Of a DNA stretch of 64,000 nt, positions 11,301-19,989 are shown piece by piece. The number at the start of each line of letters is the position of its first letter. The stretch's first letter is position 1. The stretch is from a phage: sequence record OZ346228.1; one strand, written 5' to 3'. Made by a program: the position numbers and the translations under genes. The notes beneath the pieces are model-generated. The model was given only the letters and a program-made list of their open reading frames with translations, did no database searches and was not told the origin of the DNA.

Positions 11301-13948
11301 CATCCATGTCCATGCAAATTCCGGTAACAAACGGATACAAACGTGTTGTGATGATCATTAAGTGCGACCTGATAGGTAAACAAGTTCTTGCAGAAAACGG
11401 GACATCCACACATCCTTTTGAGATCGCTCTGCACTATCAGTTTGCTGACTCACCTTTTGCAGGGGATAAGAGAATATCTGATACAGACGCACAGCGTTGT
11501 AAGAAAGTATTGTTGGGTGCAGGTTGGTGGTGGTATGAGTTTGATTTAACAGACAAATTCACCGACACGTCTAAAGTTGTAACAGGACTTCGTCTAGACC
11601 TTGGCGAGAACATGCACAAAGCTGTTTGTGATGGCACCTATGGTGACCCTACAATATACCTAAAATATGTTTCTTTTGAGCATCCGGAAGATGTTGTCTA
11701 CGGTCCAAAACTGAGATTGTTTGGCAGCTGGATTGCAAAAGATAGGGTAGGCATGGGTAAGAAGGTAAGAGGGTTCTTGGTTGATGCAGGAACAGAAGAC
11801 ATGCTGGTTAATGCAGTATGGCCTGAATTACCTGGGACTCAGTGGGACAACTCAGCCAAATCTATAAACTGGTTTAACATTCATAGGGCCATGTGGACCA
11901 CTAACTGCTACTTGTGGAGAGAGCTTAACGATCAGGCCTTTGGATTCAGCGAGGGTAGAAGGATGGCGATCATTTGCTGGACAACACTGCAAAGATGTTA
12001 TGACCATGACTATGAGATTGGGGGCAGGGCATGGAAAAATATCAGGGATAGAATCATAACCAATTTTGCAGACGACAACGGTGGTGGAGCACATAACTTT
12101 GGCACAAGCCGACTCATCCATTTGAACGGATCCTCAGCCTACAAGAAAGAAGGTTACTCTGGGTCTATGATCGAGCGGGGTCTGGTGAAAGATGCTCGCG
12201 TATTGATGGGCCAGCAACTTGCTGCCGCAGTAGGTCCCAGCGCAGTGCAGTCGGTTAAACCAGCGTGGTTCGATATTCCATTGTGGTCACCCGGAACACC
12301 GGGAACTGCTGCAATCAACCCTACCACTGGGGATCTGGAAATCTCCTGGGAAGACCTGAAGCAGGTCGGTGGTTGGGACAAAACAGGGTATCAGGTTCAA
12401 TGGTGGAGGGCTGACGGATCTTTAGCCGCTGATGAGTTTGTTAAGGACAATTTCTACACTATGTCCTCTGCAAAAGCACAGCAATTATTTGGTCAGGCAA
12501 CTCCGTCAACGATCACCATGTCTATGTGCTGTAAAGACAACAGGACTGGAGCTTTGGGGCCAAGGGTTGCTAAAGTTTTCTCAGGTATTAAATGGAATCT
12601 ACCTGTCCAAAGTATTTCATGGAAGCAAATAGGTGATAACAAGCTGCTGGTTACCCCTGCCTGTCAGTTCAACGCAACTCTTAACGTTGATCCTGCTGTT
12701 GCGGCAAACTCAGCTAAAGCTTCTGACTTCTCTGTGTCTAACACTGCTATGGCAGATGTGAGGAAGATTGACACGCTGAACGCCAGAATTACCTGTAAAA
12801 ACACTTATGGCACATTCCAAATCATCAACAACTTCACAGATGCTGATTCTAAGGTAGTGAGGACAGCAAGCCAGACTCTGAGTTTAGGAACTCTGGCCTA
12901 TGCGGCCCTGATCACCGAACAGTCGGCAACACTCCAAGGAGGTGGTGTAGGCAAGTCCATTACAACACCTGTGTGGAAGCCAAATGAGTGGGTTGTGTTT
13001 GATTTGACTGTGGACTTCTCCAGCGATAATAACTGGACATGGGTAAGGAATTGTTTGTCACAGTTGATGGGCGGTCCAAGCTCCGTTAGTGATAGTCACG
13101 ACTCTACTGACCCGAGTGTGTTCCAGGTAGGTAAAACTCACCCAGAGACTGGAGAAACGTTGCCTGACAGGAAGTATGCTTTGGTTTGCATCTCTTACGG
13201 GAAGGCAGATGTCGCCTTCTCAGGGACACACACTTATAACGGAACCTACAACTTCTCAAGGAAGTATAGTCTCAAAGCAGGGAACATTATAGACGAGGTT
13301 GGTGCGCTGTATAATCCGGGCAACGGCATAGGGATTGTTGGTGGTAAACTGCAGATGCAGGAACCTTCTATTACCCCTTCCAACGTATCCGGGATTAGAA
13401 AGACTTGGGAAAGTAGTAATACCAACATTGCAACAGTGGATGCCACCACAGGACTGGTAACATTTAAAGCTACTGGGAATGTCACCATAAAGTTTGTAGT
13501 TACTGATGATGTAGGGCGCAAAACGTCTTCAACATCTTTTACTGTCAAACAGATGGCACCACAGTGGAGAATGTGGATAGGTACAGCAACAAACGGGGCA
13601 TACCCTAATCCGTCAGGTACTTCTGGTATGAAGACTTTCTCTACAAGCAAACCGATGGAGTACGGCAGCGGTCCTAAGGTAGGGCAGATGGTGTACTTTG
13701 GTGCGTATATTCCTGAAATTATAGGGCTTCCTAGAAGTCAGCTTCAGTTGCTGTTTGGGGCTGGTGTTGACGATCTTGCCACTTTCGGGTATAGCGACAA
13801 CATCGAGGCTGCAAGGAGTTCAGGATGGGTAGGGTTCAGAATGGAGTCTGGAAAGGAAGGCAGGATTCTAGGGACAGCCTCTATAGGTGTTATGTTCCCT
13901 GGTGACCAGCAGTATCGTCTAGAAGCCTACGCAACCTTTTCTCGTTAA
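8312..13948 (+). CDS. large virion-associated protein with C-terminal Big_2-like Ig domain
   Basis: 1878-aa ORF; residues near the C-terminus (IATVDATTGLVTFKATGNVTIKFVVTD) resemble a bacterial Ig-like group 2 domain; strong terminator follows. Confidence 0.6.
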   Translation: MLPIPLLKLGRHFLDKRGGIKELAVLSYPIDNSDGTSNTVSYVNSLAILFDDGQLNITGYNKFGECRTGDRSPINYPSETAWNVDHVWRADRAFVIRTFDNQFFYIGCTAGLIGSTAAGGNDVCVNEWTPLPEQIVKGLHLDTHPERLIEVMGGINNTVWVIAEAEGTGILNLYGSGNNTYGSLHVDKNQHATPVKIGETSENPETGPWKNPSINCEVHDNSVIFGGPRGFWIAGYDFLRNNSRNDLVWPPVQITRNDLRGIPADEEWKGFMCGPNGAVIATQRMHRPDDQQLVNVFYGQNIWGDDTWRELNITYTHEVMMARGYGTSGIFFNNGTKQYRGFSRNLCNDIGAQSANNSPRADFIHYQALATAKYVEQRLPVSWTESVYFQGIHREGFLGTFTVVNGKLWWSGIPRGSFTGSNNLFGGRLNSQGFTEVPENWYKNVPVDSWGVDDIFDVNGVSSVSNIYIGDTVKMKLKPQPEGATFIIDKIELVNAAGTVVTDANYQFSTNWNHGGANEVVVTQYNRNVNRRGLYSVKITYHDKHGTGRTHTTRTLNWNTIVPAYPSNGKWHTVGRNKQFHVNDTVYFGLNGTQPAVEGDTSYMVRLHRMDAGSVTYDVTQEIYDQRRATYDNIVKTQALWEFNPNGKGGKMLQVNEQNGTSLTVHEHPDPWPDPGKPHPGARTLKIVSHDAGYFGIRWEATVRYVDGTTNNIGITLGGTSEDSSLKIAYTPRGISIDNMDVVRNGYGDVNVKVTLGEHLGGERIIMYAFDHDPRTNGTYANQAWSYLINAPEPNTKEFYYGMKRDVCKKTGTHDWIAICVKDERTAWDEPVNRWFIGIPTRSDKYVAEYIVCMGGTNLNMCWNEDVNKYSDYDYMRDYSCNLWFNQTTGYPPRQARVNPAIFTDTQVFLTKQANEVQTFKNKYDPNKWFYNCYGAFFWGPGELPGGGSCLNEATYASDYIMGQVKKYKIIPGPETLGNAVDPYIIMTALRSNMDGTSMSMQIPVTNGYKRVVMIIKCDLIGKQVLAENGTSTHPFEIALHYQFADSPFAGDKRISDTDAQRCKKVLLGAGWWWYEFDLTDKFTDTSKVVTGLRLDLGENMHKAVCDGTYGDPTIYLKYVSFEHPEDVVYGPKLRLFGSWIAKDRVGMGKKVRGFLVDAGTEDMLVNAVWPELPGTQWDNSAKSINWFNIHRAMWTTNCYLWRELNDQAFGFSEGRRMAIICWTTLQRCYDHDYEIGGRAWKNIRDRIITNFADDNGGGAHNFGTSRLIHLNGSSAYKKEGYSGSMIERGLVKDARVLMGQQLAAAVGPSAVQSVKPAWFDIPLWSPGTPGTAAINPTTGDLEISWEDLKQVGGWDKTGYQVQWWRADGSLAADEFVKDNFYTMSSAKAQQLFGQATPSTITMSMCCKDNRTGALGPRVAKVFSGIKWNLPVQSISWKQIGDNKLLVTPACQFNATLNVDPAVAANSAKASDFSVSNTAMADVRKIDTLNARITCKNTYGTFQIINNFTDADSKVVRTASQTLSLGTLAYAALITEQSATLQGGGVGKSITTPVWKPNEWVVFDLTVDFSSDNNWTWVRNCLSQLMGGPSSVSDSHDSTDPSVFQVGKTHPETGETLPDRKYALVCISYGKADVAFSGTHTYNGTYNFSRKYSLKAGNIIDEVGALYNPGNGIGIVGGKLQMQEPSITPSNVSGIRKTWESSNTNIATVDATTGLVTFKATGNVTIKFVVTDDVGRKTSSTSFTVKQMAPQWRMWIGTATNGAYPNPSGTSGMKTFSTSKPMEYGSGPKVGQMVYFGAYIPEIIGLPRSQLQLLFGAGVDDLATFGYSDNIEAARSSGWVGFRMESGKEGRILGTASIGVMFPGDQQYRLEAYATFSR

Positions 13949-13961
13949 CAAGGGGATAAAT

Positions 13962-13990
13962 AAAAAGGGGCCAAACGGCCCCTTTCTTTT
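13962..13990. terminator. bidirectional terminator between convergent genes
   Basis: AAAAA-GGGGCC-AAAC-GGCCCC-TTTCTTTTT; A-tract upstream and T-tract downstream. Confidence 0.7.
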
Positions 13991-13995
13991 TATAG

Positions 13996-14196
13996 TTAGT
14001 AATACTCCCAACATGCCCCATCTTCAGACGGCTTGACGCGCTTACCTTTATGGTCAACATAGGTATAGCCACAACCTTCACAAATAACAGGTGCTGCATA
14101 GCCTTCCTTCCACTGATCCTCAGTGATCAGACCTTCCAAATCTTTGCAGTCAAAGCCAAACAACTCTTCAGAGCAATCTTTACAAAAATCAGCCAT
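13996..14196 (-). CDS. small zinc-ribbon protein
   Basis: 66 aa with CxxC...CxxC cysteine pairs (CKDC, CEGC). Confidence 0.45.
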   Translation of the reverse strand: MADFCKDCSEELFGFDCKDLEGLITEDQWKEGYAAPVICEGCGYTYVDHKGKRVKPSEDGACWEYY

Positions 14197-14199
14197 TTC

Positions 14200-14664
14200 T
14201 CAGTCCTCGCATTTAACAAATTTTTCTATAGATCCACCAAGCACAGCTTGTTGTTTGATGGCACTTTCTTCATCATAGTGGATAGACTTATGTTCCGTAC
14301 CTCCAAACTTACCTGTGTGGAAGGTGTGCACCCAAATCTCTTTAGGAAGGGATTTATTCTCTTCCTCCACCAACTCCCACATACCCCACAAGTGATCTGT
14401 GATATCTCTGATGAAATATCCCTCGCCGAGGTTTGTATTCACACTGTAAGCTGATTCGTGATCTCCGCAAATATAACGGAAGGCAGTGTACTCTTTACCT
14501 GGTGTGAAGTGAGTATCCATTAGTATGGCTGTTAAAGAATAAGGGTCTCGAAAGCCCAAGAACTTTAGTTTAACAATTTCGACATTTACATCTGCAAGAT
14601 TATCCATGACGATCTCCTCTGTTTGGTTGGTGAGAATTATATATAGATCTGGTGGTGGCGTCAA
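14200..14664 (-). CDS. hypothetical protein
   Basis: 154-aa ORF contiguous with neighbouring minus-strand genes; true start may be an internal Met. Confidence 0.45.
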   Translation of the reverse strand: MTPPPDLYIILTNQTEEIVMDNLADVNVEIVKLKFLGFRDPYSLTAILMDTHFTPGKEYTAFRYICGDHESAYSVNTNLGEGYFIRDITDHLWGMWELVEEENKSLPKEIWVHTFHTGKFGGTEHKSIHYDEESAIKQQAVLGGSIEKFVKCED

Positions 14665-14768
14665 GCTTAATTTTAAGAGATCTGAGAGGGTATTTTATTC
14701 AGGAAGGCAATCGCACAGGGTGGAGAAATTTATGAAGGCACAGGCCTCGTTTGAGGCCTTAAATTCTA

Positions 14769-15149
14769 TTATGACACTTTGACATAGCGCTCTGACAAAG
14801 CTGGGAAGCCAAAAGTAGTGCCTATACTACCATAGGCTATCCACCATTGGAGTTCATCGTGACACCATTTTCCGATCAGGAAGGTGCTGGGATAGCGGGT
14901 CAGTATTTTGGCATAAGCTTTAGGATCTGCATCTTCTGGGATAATGATGCTTGGAATATCTTTGTTATGACCACAGCAGCAGTTTAGCGTTTTCAAACCT
15001 GCTGCCCACAAACTCATGATAGGCTTAGCCATACACTTATCAAGGCACACACGTTTTTTGCCGTCACGAAGATTTTTAGGCACATCAACGATAACATTTG
15101 GATGCTTGGCACCTTTTACTTTCCAATTATAGGATTTACACTTGCACAT
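14769..15149 (-). CDS. hypothetical Cys-rich protein
   Basis: 126-aa ORF with several Cys clusters (CKCK, CCCGH). Confidence 0.45.
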   Translation of the reverse strand: MCKCKSYNWKVKGAKHPNVIVDVPKNLRDGKKRVCLDKCMAKPIMSLWAAGLKTLNCCCGHNKDIPSIIIPEDADPKAYAKILTRYPSTFLIGKWCHDELQWWIAYGSIGTTFGFPALSERYVKVS

Positions 15150-15199
15150 TTAATCAGTCTCCGTCTAGAAAGCCGCACTATACGTTTTTGAGGTATACT

Positions 15200-15370
15200 T
15201 TACTTAAAGTCTTTATCACCTGCCACGATTGCATGAATCCACTCATTGTGATGCTCAATAGCGGTGAGATGTAACATGATGTAGTGATCGTCATTGCCAA
15301 ACATGATATGATAGGCTTTGGCAGCATTTTGATATAACTTCCACATCAGGTAATGATATCTTCGCCTCAT
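15200..15370 (-). CDS. hypothetical small protein (not in ORF track)
   Basis: 56-aa ORF read manually (MRRRYHYLMWKL...); ATG 5 nt after the upstream TAA stop, GGAG upstream; fills an otherwise empty gap. Coordinates approximate. Confidence 0.3.
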   Translation of the reverse strand: MRRRYHYLMWKLYQNAAKAYHIMFGNDDHYIMLHLTAIEHHNEWIHAIVAGDKDFK

Positions 15371-15375
15371 GGCTC

Positions 15376-15846
15376 TTACTCCGGTTCAGGATCTGGGTAA
15401 TCTTCAATAATAAAGGGCCATCCGTTCCGCTTAGCCTCAGACTTATACTCAATCTCCTTCATTGCAAACTCTAACTGATTCTTAGCCGGAATACATGCCG
15501 GAGAATCATCAATCCAGATATCTGGGTAGATATCAAACTGCGCCAGGTAGGCTGCCTTCTGAACACCACCTGTGTAGAACACACCAACATCGAGCTCCTT
15601 GCGCCAATACTCAATGTCTACATTGTCTTGAGTAATGAATCGGAAAGTCACAAGGTAGACTGTCCACCCCTCCTTCTTCAGATCCCTGATCAGGCGGGAG
15701 AAGATGAAAGGGCTCGCATTAAACGTTCCATCAAAGTCGATGGCAATGATGTGCGTGCCGTGGCGAGTCTCATATGGATTGCTCGTGGTAAGATTGCTGT
15801 AATTAAAAGGGACTTCTTCCCCGCAGTAGCTGTAGTCCATATTCAC
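15376..15846 (-). CDS. HAD-superfamily phosphatase-like protein
   Basis: 156 aa; HAD motif I (IAIDFDGT) and a downstream acidic motif (IWIDDSP). Confidence 0.6.
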   Translation of the reverse strand: MNMDYSYCGEEVPFNYSNLTTSNPYETRHGTHIIAIDFDGTFNASPFIFSRLIRDLKKEGWTVYLVTFRFITQDNVDIEYWRKELDVGVFYTGGVQKAAYLAQFDIYPDIWIDDSPACIPAKNQLEFAMKEIEYKSEAKRNGWPFIIEDYPDPEPE

Positions 15847-16118
15847 ACCTTCTCGTTGATAAATTTACGGGCGGTTTGGTGAGTTGTTTCTGCTGTCTTC
15901 AGAATGATATTAATTTTATCGTCAAGATCATTCATCTCGGCAGTTAATTCAGGAATCTCTCCGGCATGCATGGTGAAATCATACATAGACATGCCCAAGA
16001 TCTCATTGATGCGGCGGTTGCATTCTGCAGCACGCTGGTTCATTTTCCAAGCTAACACCAAAGCCTCCTGCGTAGCCTCTAGTGCAAAATCTAATACGTC
16101 GGCCTCTTCTTTCGTCAT
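15843..16118 (-). CDS. hypothetical protein
   Basis: 91-aa ORF overlapping the downstream gene start by 4 nt. Confidence 0.45.
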   Translation of the reverse strand: MTKEEADVLDFALEATQEALVLAWKMNQRAAECNRRINEILGMSMYDFTMHAGEIPELTAEMNDLDDKINIILKTAETTHQTARKFINEKV

Positions 16119-16175
16119 CTTAGTCTCTCCTGTTGTATTGTTGGTAGGTGTATGAATACCTTATAACTCACCTTT

Positions 16176-16742
16176 TTATTCAAACTGCAATAGTAAGTCC
16201 ACCACCGCGCTAGGTCTGTCAACAAATTCCCCAGGTCCACATGCCCACAGAGGGTATCCGTCTACATACCGCCAAATCCAACCTGCAGTGTGGAGTTCGA
16301 GCAGGGCAGTACCGTCCTTACTGTCAACCACTCTTTCCCACAGTGTCGGGCAGCGAAGCTTGAGGATCGGATCCCCTCCCTTATACCCATCCATGTAGAT
16401 ACCCATTGCAAAGTTCAGCATCATCTTTTTGTGCACTGATCTTTTACTGAGGGTACTCATCACTTCCTCTTTGTGAATGTTTGTAAGCTTCTCCTTGGCT
16501 ACCCGCAGATCGTTGCAACCATTGTTCAGCAGATCTTCCAGACACTTGATCCGAAGGTCGTGAATGTCTTTGTCGTGTACCGTTGGCACAGGGTCGTAGC
16601 GGTATAGCACTGTTGATACAAGGTTGCTCGGGTGTGGGTCTGACAGCAACCCATAACCCCAATACTCTTCTGTATCTGAAAGGACAAGACACCCAATGTC
16701 TCTGTCAAGCTTTCCTGTGTTGTAAGCCACATTGACCGCCAT
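16176..16742 (-). CDS. hypothetical protein
   Basis: 188-aa ORF in the minus-strand operon; no motif recognised. Confidence 0.5.
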   Translation of the reverse strand: MAVNVAYNTGKLDRDIGCLVLSDTEEYWGYGLLSDPHPSNLVSTVLYRYDPVPTVHDKDIHDLRIKCLEDLLNNGCNDLRVAKEKLTNIHKEEVMSTLSKRSVHKKMMLNFAMGIYMDGYKGGDPILKLRCPTLWERVVDSKDGTALLELHTAGWIWRYVDGYPLWACGPGEFVDRPSAVVDLLLQFE

Positions 16743-16744
16743 GA

Positions 16745-16990
16745 CTATAGCTCCACTAGCAAAGTGCTTTCAAAGTGACGTTCATGCAGACCGTTGTAAG
16801 GGACCACTTCCACAACGCCATCACGGACATATGGGGCCATCATGGTGGTATAATCTCCAAACGGGTTGGTATTGTCACTAACCACAACCACCTTCTGCCC
16901 TTCCTTGGCAGAGTGCCAAATAGATCTGCACTTCATCAGGTGTTCGAGAGCCCCAGGTAAAATTTTGTTACGTTCTTTACGGGTCTTCAT
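16745..16990 (-). CDS. hypothetical protein
   Basis: 81-aa ORF, tight spacing with neighbours. Confidence 0.45.
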   Translation of the reverse strand: MKTRKERNKILPGALEHLMKCRSIWHSAKEGQKVVVVSDNTNPFGDYTTMMAPYVRDGVVEVVPYNGLHERHFESTLLVEL

Positions 16991-17436
16991 AACAGGTATA
17001 GCTCCTTATGAAAGTGATCTTTTAATTTCTCACTGAGAAACTTCTTGATACCTTCCTCTAAAGTGTTTTCGATGTAGTCCAGCTTAACTGCTTCGATGGA
17101 CATATCATAGATCGCCAGCTCTAAGCTGTCAAGTCCCATCATAGCATGAACCATAAGATTTTCATCTTCAGATACATTCAGGGGACTTCCTATAACATCT
17201 GGAGGCAGAATAGTTTCCCAATTATTCTGGGTGGTAGTTCTCCCTCCCTCTACTTTACGGCGCAGTTCGAATGTGTTCTTAGTGTAGAACACTTCATAAG
17301 AAACGATACGACTGTCGCTCTCGTAATAAACGAAGTTCAGGTAGGAGCCTAGCCGCAGTCGGCAAACTTCTACCCCAAACCATTGTTTCTTATAAGAATT
17401 CAGGCTAATGCTGTCGCATTCACGTTTGCTCAACAC
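16987..17436 (-). CDS. hypothetical protein
   Basis: 149-aa ORF, 4-nt overlap with downstream gene. Confidence 0.45.
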   Translation of the reverse strand: MLSKRECDSISLNSYKKQWFGVEVCRLRLGSYLNFVYYESDSRIVSYEVFYTKNTFELRRKVEGGRTTTQNNWETILPPDVIGSPLNVSEDENLMVHAMMGLDSLELAIYDMSIEAVKLDYIENTLEEGIKKFLSEKLKDHFHKELYLL

Positions 17437-17452
17437 GGCTCTCTCCTTTTTG

Positions 17453-17689
17453 TTAATCTTCGTAAATCAGGATTTCTGCTTTAGGTTTTCGTGCTTTCAT
17501 GTCCAGCTCTATCCAGTGCACCATAGCTGTTTCAAGAAAAACAGCCTGGATGCATCCGTCCTCAGCAGCGTGTCCTAGCAGCATAACAAGATCTTCTCCT
17601 TCGTCATCTGCACCACGAACATACAGAATCTCCCCGGGTTCAAAATCTTTAACAACCTGATTGTTGGATAATTTACGAATTTTCGCCAT
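17453..17689 (-). CDS. small protein, member of tandem paralog array
   Basis: 78 aa; shares a G.(I/V)V core and overall pattern with the three 87-aa ORFs upstream. Confidence 0.5.
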   Translation of the reverse strand: MAKIRKLSNNQVVKDFEPGEILYVRGADDEGEDLVMLLGHAAEDGCIQAVFLETAMVHWIELDMKARKPKAEILIYED

Positions 17690-17690
17690 A

Positions 17691-17954
17691 TTAGAAACCC
17701 TCTAAAAAGCTCTTGTAGAAAATAATTTCAGTATCTACACCAGTCACGATCTTATCGTTCCTGATTTCATCTGTAAGGTAGGTGTCAAAACGCAGAACCT
17801 GTGTGGTGTTGTCACACATCCACTCAGCTGTGACCATTGCGAAAATCTTAGCATCTTCATTATCTGGTGTGAATGTTACCACCTCACCGCACTTAAACTT
17901 TTCGATAGGCTGAGTGTTAGCTTTCGGTTCTGCGATAGTGATTTTTGTGGTCAT
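17691..17954 (-). CDS. small protein, member of tandem paralog array
   Basis: 87 aa; KFKCGEVVTF core; same length as two neighbours. Confidence 0.5.
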   Translation of the reverse strand: MTTKITIAEPKANTQPIEKFKCGEVVTFTPDNEDAKIFAMVTAEWMCDNTTQVLRFDTYLTDEIRNDKIVTGVDTEIIFYKSFLEGF

Positions 17955-18217
17955 TATTCTCCTCCTTCTTTTGAATAGCTTGTCTCTCCAAGGATGGTAA
18001 TTTTGGTGTCAAGCTCTGTAACTTTCATGTTTGGCGGCAGATCGTACAACTCATTATTTTCTAAATCGAACCCCCACACACAATGTTCTCCTGTTTTGAC
18101 AATCATAACTATGTTTTGAATGCCGTCTCCGTCGCAACTTACCACAGTCCCACACGGAAAGCTGTCTGCACGCTTTTTGTTCTTCACCTTAGAATTGAAT
18201 ACAATGCTGGTAGCCAT
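17954..18217 (-). CDS. small protein, member of tandem paralog array
   Basis: 87 aa; MATSIVFNSKVKNKK and GTVV core; start overlaps upstream stop. Confidence 0.5.
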   Translation of the reverse strand: MATSIVFNSKVKNKKRADSFPCGTVVSCDGDGIQNIVMIVKTGEHCVWGFDLENNELYDLPPNMKVTELDTKITILGETSYSKEGGE

Positions 18218-18480
18218 TATTGTTCCTCCACCATAACTTCGCCAATAATTTCTATGCAGGCATCCATTTCTGTAACAACCAAACTGTGAGGTAGTTCTAC
18301 AAACACCTTTCTGAACAGGTCAAATACCCCAACATATATGTTTGCAGGATGTGATTTTACAACAAGTGCTGTATTCACATCCCCAAGTTCATCAACAAAC
18401 ATCACCACAGTGCCTGGAGCTACTGAGGACAGATACTTCTTAGTTTTACGGTTTGATGCAAATTTTAACTCTGTTGCCAT
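18217..18480 (-). CDS. small protein, member of tandem paralog array
   Basis: 87 aa; MATELKFASNRKTKK and GTVV core; FDL motif shared with 17954-18217. Confidence 0.5.
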   Translation of the reverse strand: MATELKFASNRKTKKYLSSVAPGTVVMFVDELGDVNTALVVKSHPANIYVGVFDLFRKVFVELPHSLVVTEMDACIEIIGEVMVEEQ

Positions 18481-18495
18481 AAATAACCTCCTCTC

Positions 18496-19977
18496 TTACT
18501 TAGCGTACTCGATTAATTCCACAGTTTTACCAAAGCTCGGGATATAATTTTTATTATACCCCTCAGTGAGGACCCATAGAGTATCGTACTTTTTCCACTT
18601 GTTGTCAACAACCTTTTGTTCAAAGTTATGCTCAAAGTATAGGTCGGTCAGGACGATGACATCTTTTGCATTAGGTATGTTGGCATCCAGATACTCGAAC
18701 ACGCAAGCAGCTGTTGTGCCCCATGTTGAGTGGACCTCATAGTTGATCATCTCGTCTATGTTGCCGCGAGTGTATACTTTAACCTCTCCAACCTCAGTTG
18801 ACCAACAGAACATTGTAACCTTAAACTCTTTATACAGATTGCACAATCCGGTGATTTCATTGAACATTTTCTTTAAAGTTCTTTGAGAGATCGAGCCAGA
18901 AACGTCTAAAGCCACCACAATATCTATAGTGTTTTCCGGATTACGACCAGGAACAATAACGTGCTGGTTCTTGTTTATAGCCCCAACTTTTCGCATTGTG
19001 CTGGTCAAAGACCCAGATCGGCGACCAGGTTTTCTGTAGGTCAGTTCGGCCTTTCTTTTAGACAACATACGTTGCTTAATGATGTCTATATAGTTGATTA
19101 CAGGCTTACCTCTGTTCTTGACAAACTCACGCACCGCCTCAGGGCAACGGCCTCCGGACGCTTGCATTGCTGCCTCCAGCATATCACCAGAGTCCTGCAT
19201 GGCCTGATCTTTATCAGATTGGCTGATTACAGGTTGTGGCTGATCATACCCCATAGCCTTTCCAAGATTATCACTGGTGCCACCGTTCCCACTCATGTGA
19301 TCATCGGTTTGTCGCTTATCACTTTGAGAGTTCTCACCTTTACCGTTCTTACTTTTACCGTTATTCTGATCTCTTTGCTTATCAAGAACTGCATAAACGT
19401 TCTCAGCAATCCATCCATGAAACTTCATGTCGCAGTAGCAGCTGGCTAAGAAGCCAAAAGGCTTACCTTTCATGAACGTAGTGCTTTTCCCCTTCGGGAA
19501 GAAAACACAAGGGGGTTTGCTAAAGTCAACCACAAGGCCTGTGTTGATAACGTGATCACAAGCAATATTGAACAGTTCCGGCTCAAAGCTTTTACCACGG
19601 ACTAGGTGATCACAGATAATATGCCCCACCTCATGTGACAGAAGGAAGGCCACCTCTTTCACAGATTTTGGGGAATAGAAAACTTCAGCCATCTCAAACT
19701 GCTCGTCAGTTAGAGAAGCCTTAAGAATAGCCTTGCGCTCATCAGCCAATCCCATAATGAACTCAGGACTGTAATAGATGCGTTTATGGTCGGTTGCCAT
19801 GGTGGAGCACCATGTGTGGTTTTCTACGAACTGCAACCCTGACAGTAGTGTGCCATAAAACGGCAGCTTTTCAAGGAGATACATACGTGCAGCCTGCAAC
19901 ATTCTCAGGGCATCATCTTTCTGCGAGGCAATGATTTCTGAACTTCTGCTATCCATTAAAACTCCAGAAGGGGCCAT
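18496..19977 (-). CDS. VWA-domain protein with N-terminal HExxH metallopeptidase-like domain
   Basis: 493 aa; HExxH (LSHEVGHIICDH) in N-terminal half; MIDAS-type DxSGS (VVALDVSGSI) in C-terminal half. Confidence 0.75.
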   Translation of the reverse strand: MAPSGVLMDSRSSEIIASQKDDALRMLQAARMYLLEKLPFYGTLLSGLQFVENHTWCSTMATDHKRIYYSPEFIMGLADERKAILKASLTDEQFEMAEVFYSPKSVKEVAFLLSHEVGHIICDHLVRGKSFEPELFNIACDHVINTGLVVDFSKPPCVFFPKGKSTTFMKGKPFGFLASCYCDMKFHGWIAENVYAVLDKQRDQNNGKSKNGKGENSQSDKRQTDDHMSGNGGTSDNLGKAMGYDQPQPVISQSDKDQAMQDSGDMLEAAMQASGGRCPEAVREFVKNRGKPVINYIDIIKQRMLSKRKAELTYRKPGRRSGSLTSTMRKVGAINKNQHVIVPGRNPENTIDIVVALDVSGSISQRTLKKMFNEITGLCNLYKEFKVTMFCWSTEVGEVKVYTRGNIDEMINYEVHSTWGTTAACVFEYLDANIPNAKDVIVLTDLYFEHNFEQKVVDNKWKKYDTLWVLTEGYNKNYIPSFGKTVELIEYAK

Positions 19978-19989
19978 CGGCCCCTGTCA

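Noticed and set aside
8447-13650. Numerous 60-270-aa antisense or overlapping-frame ORFs inside the 1878-aa gene (for example 8447-9262, 9542-10135, 10151-10753, 13246-13650)
   Set aside because: Fully embedded in a long, coherent ORF on the opposite strand; no independent start signals. Same reasoning applies to embedded ORFs within the polymerase, primase-helicase, MTase, VWA and helicase genes.
19968-19984. Hairpin GGGGCC-ATC-GGCCCC as a terminator
   Set aside because: It overlaps the ATG of the VWA gene on the minus strand and lacks a T-tract in either direction; more likely a translation-initiation-region structure or coincidence.
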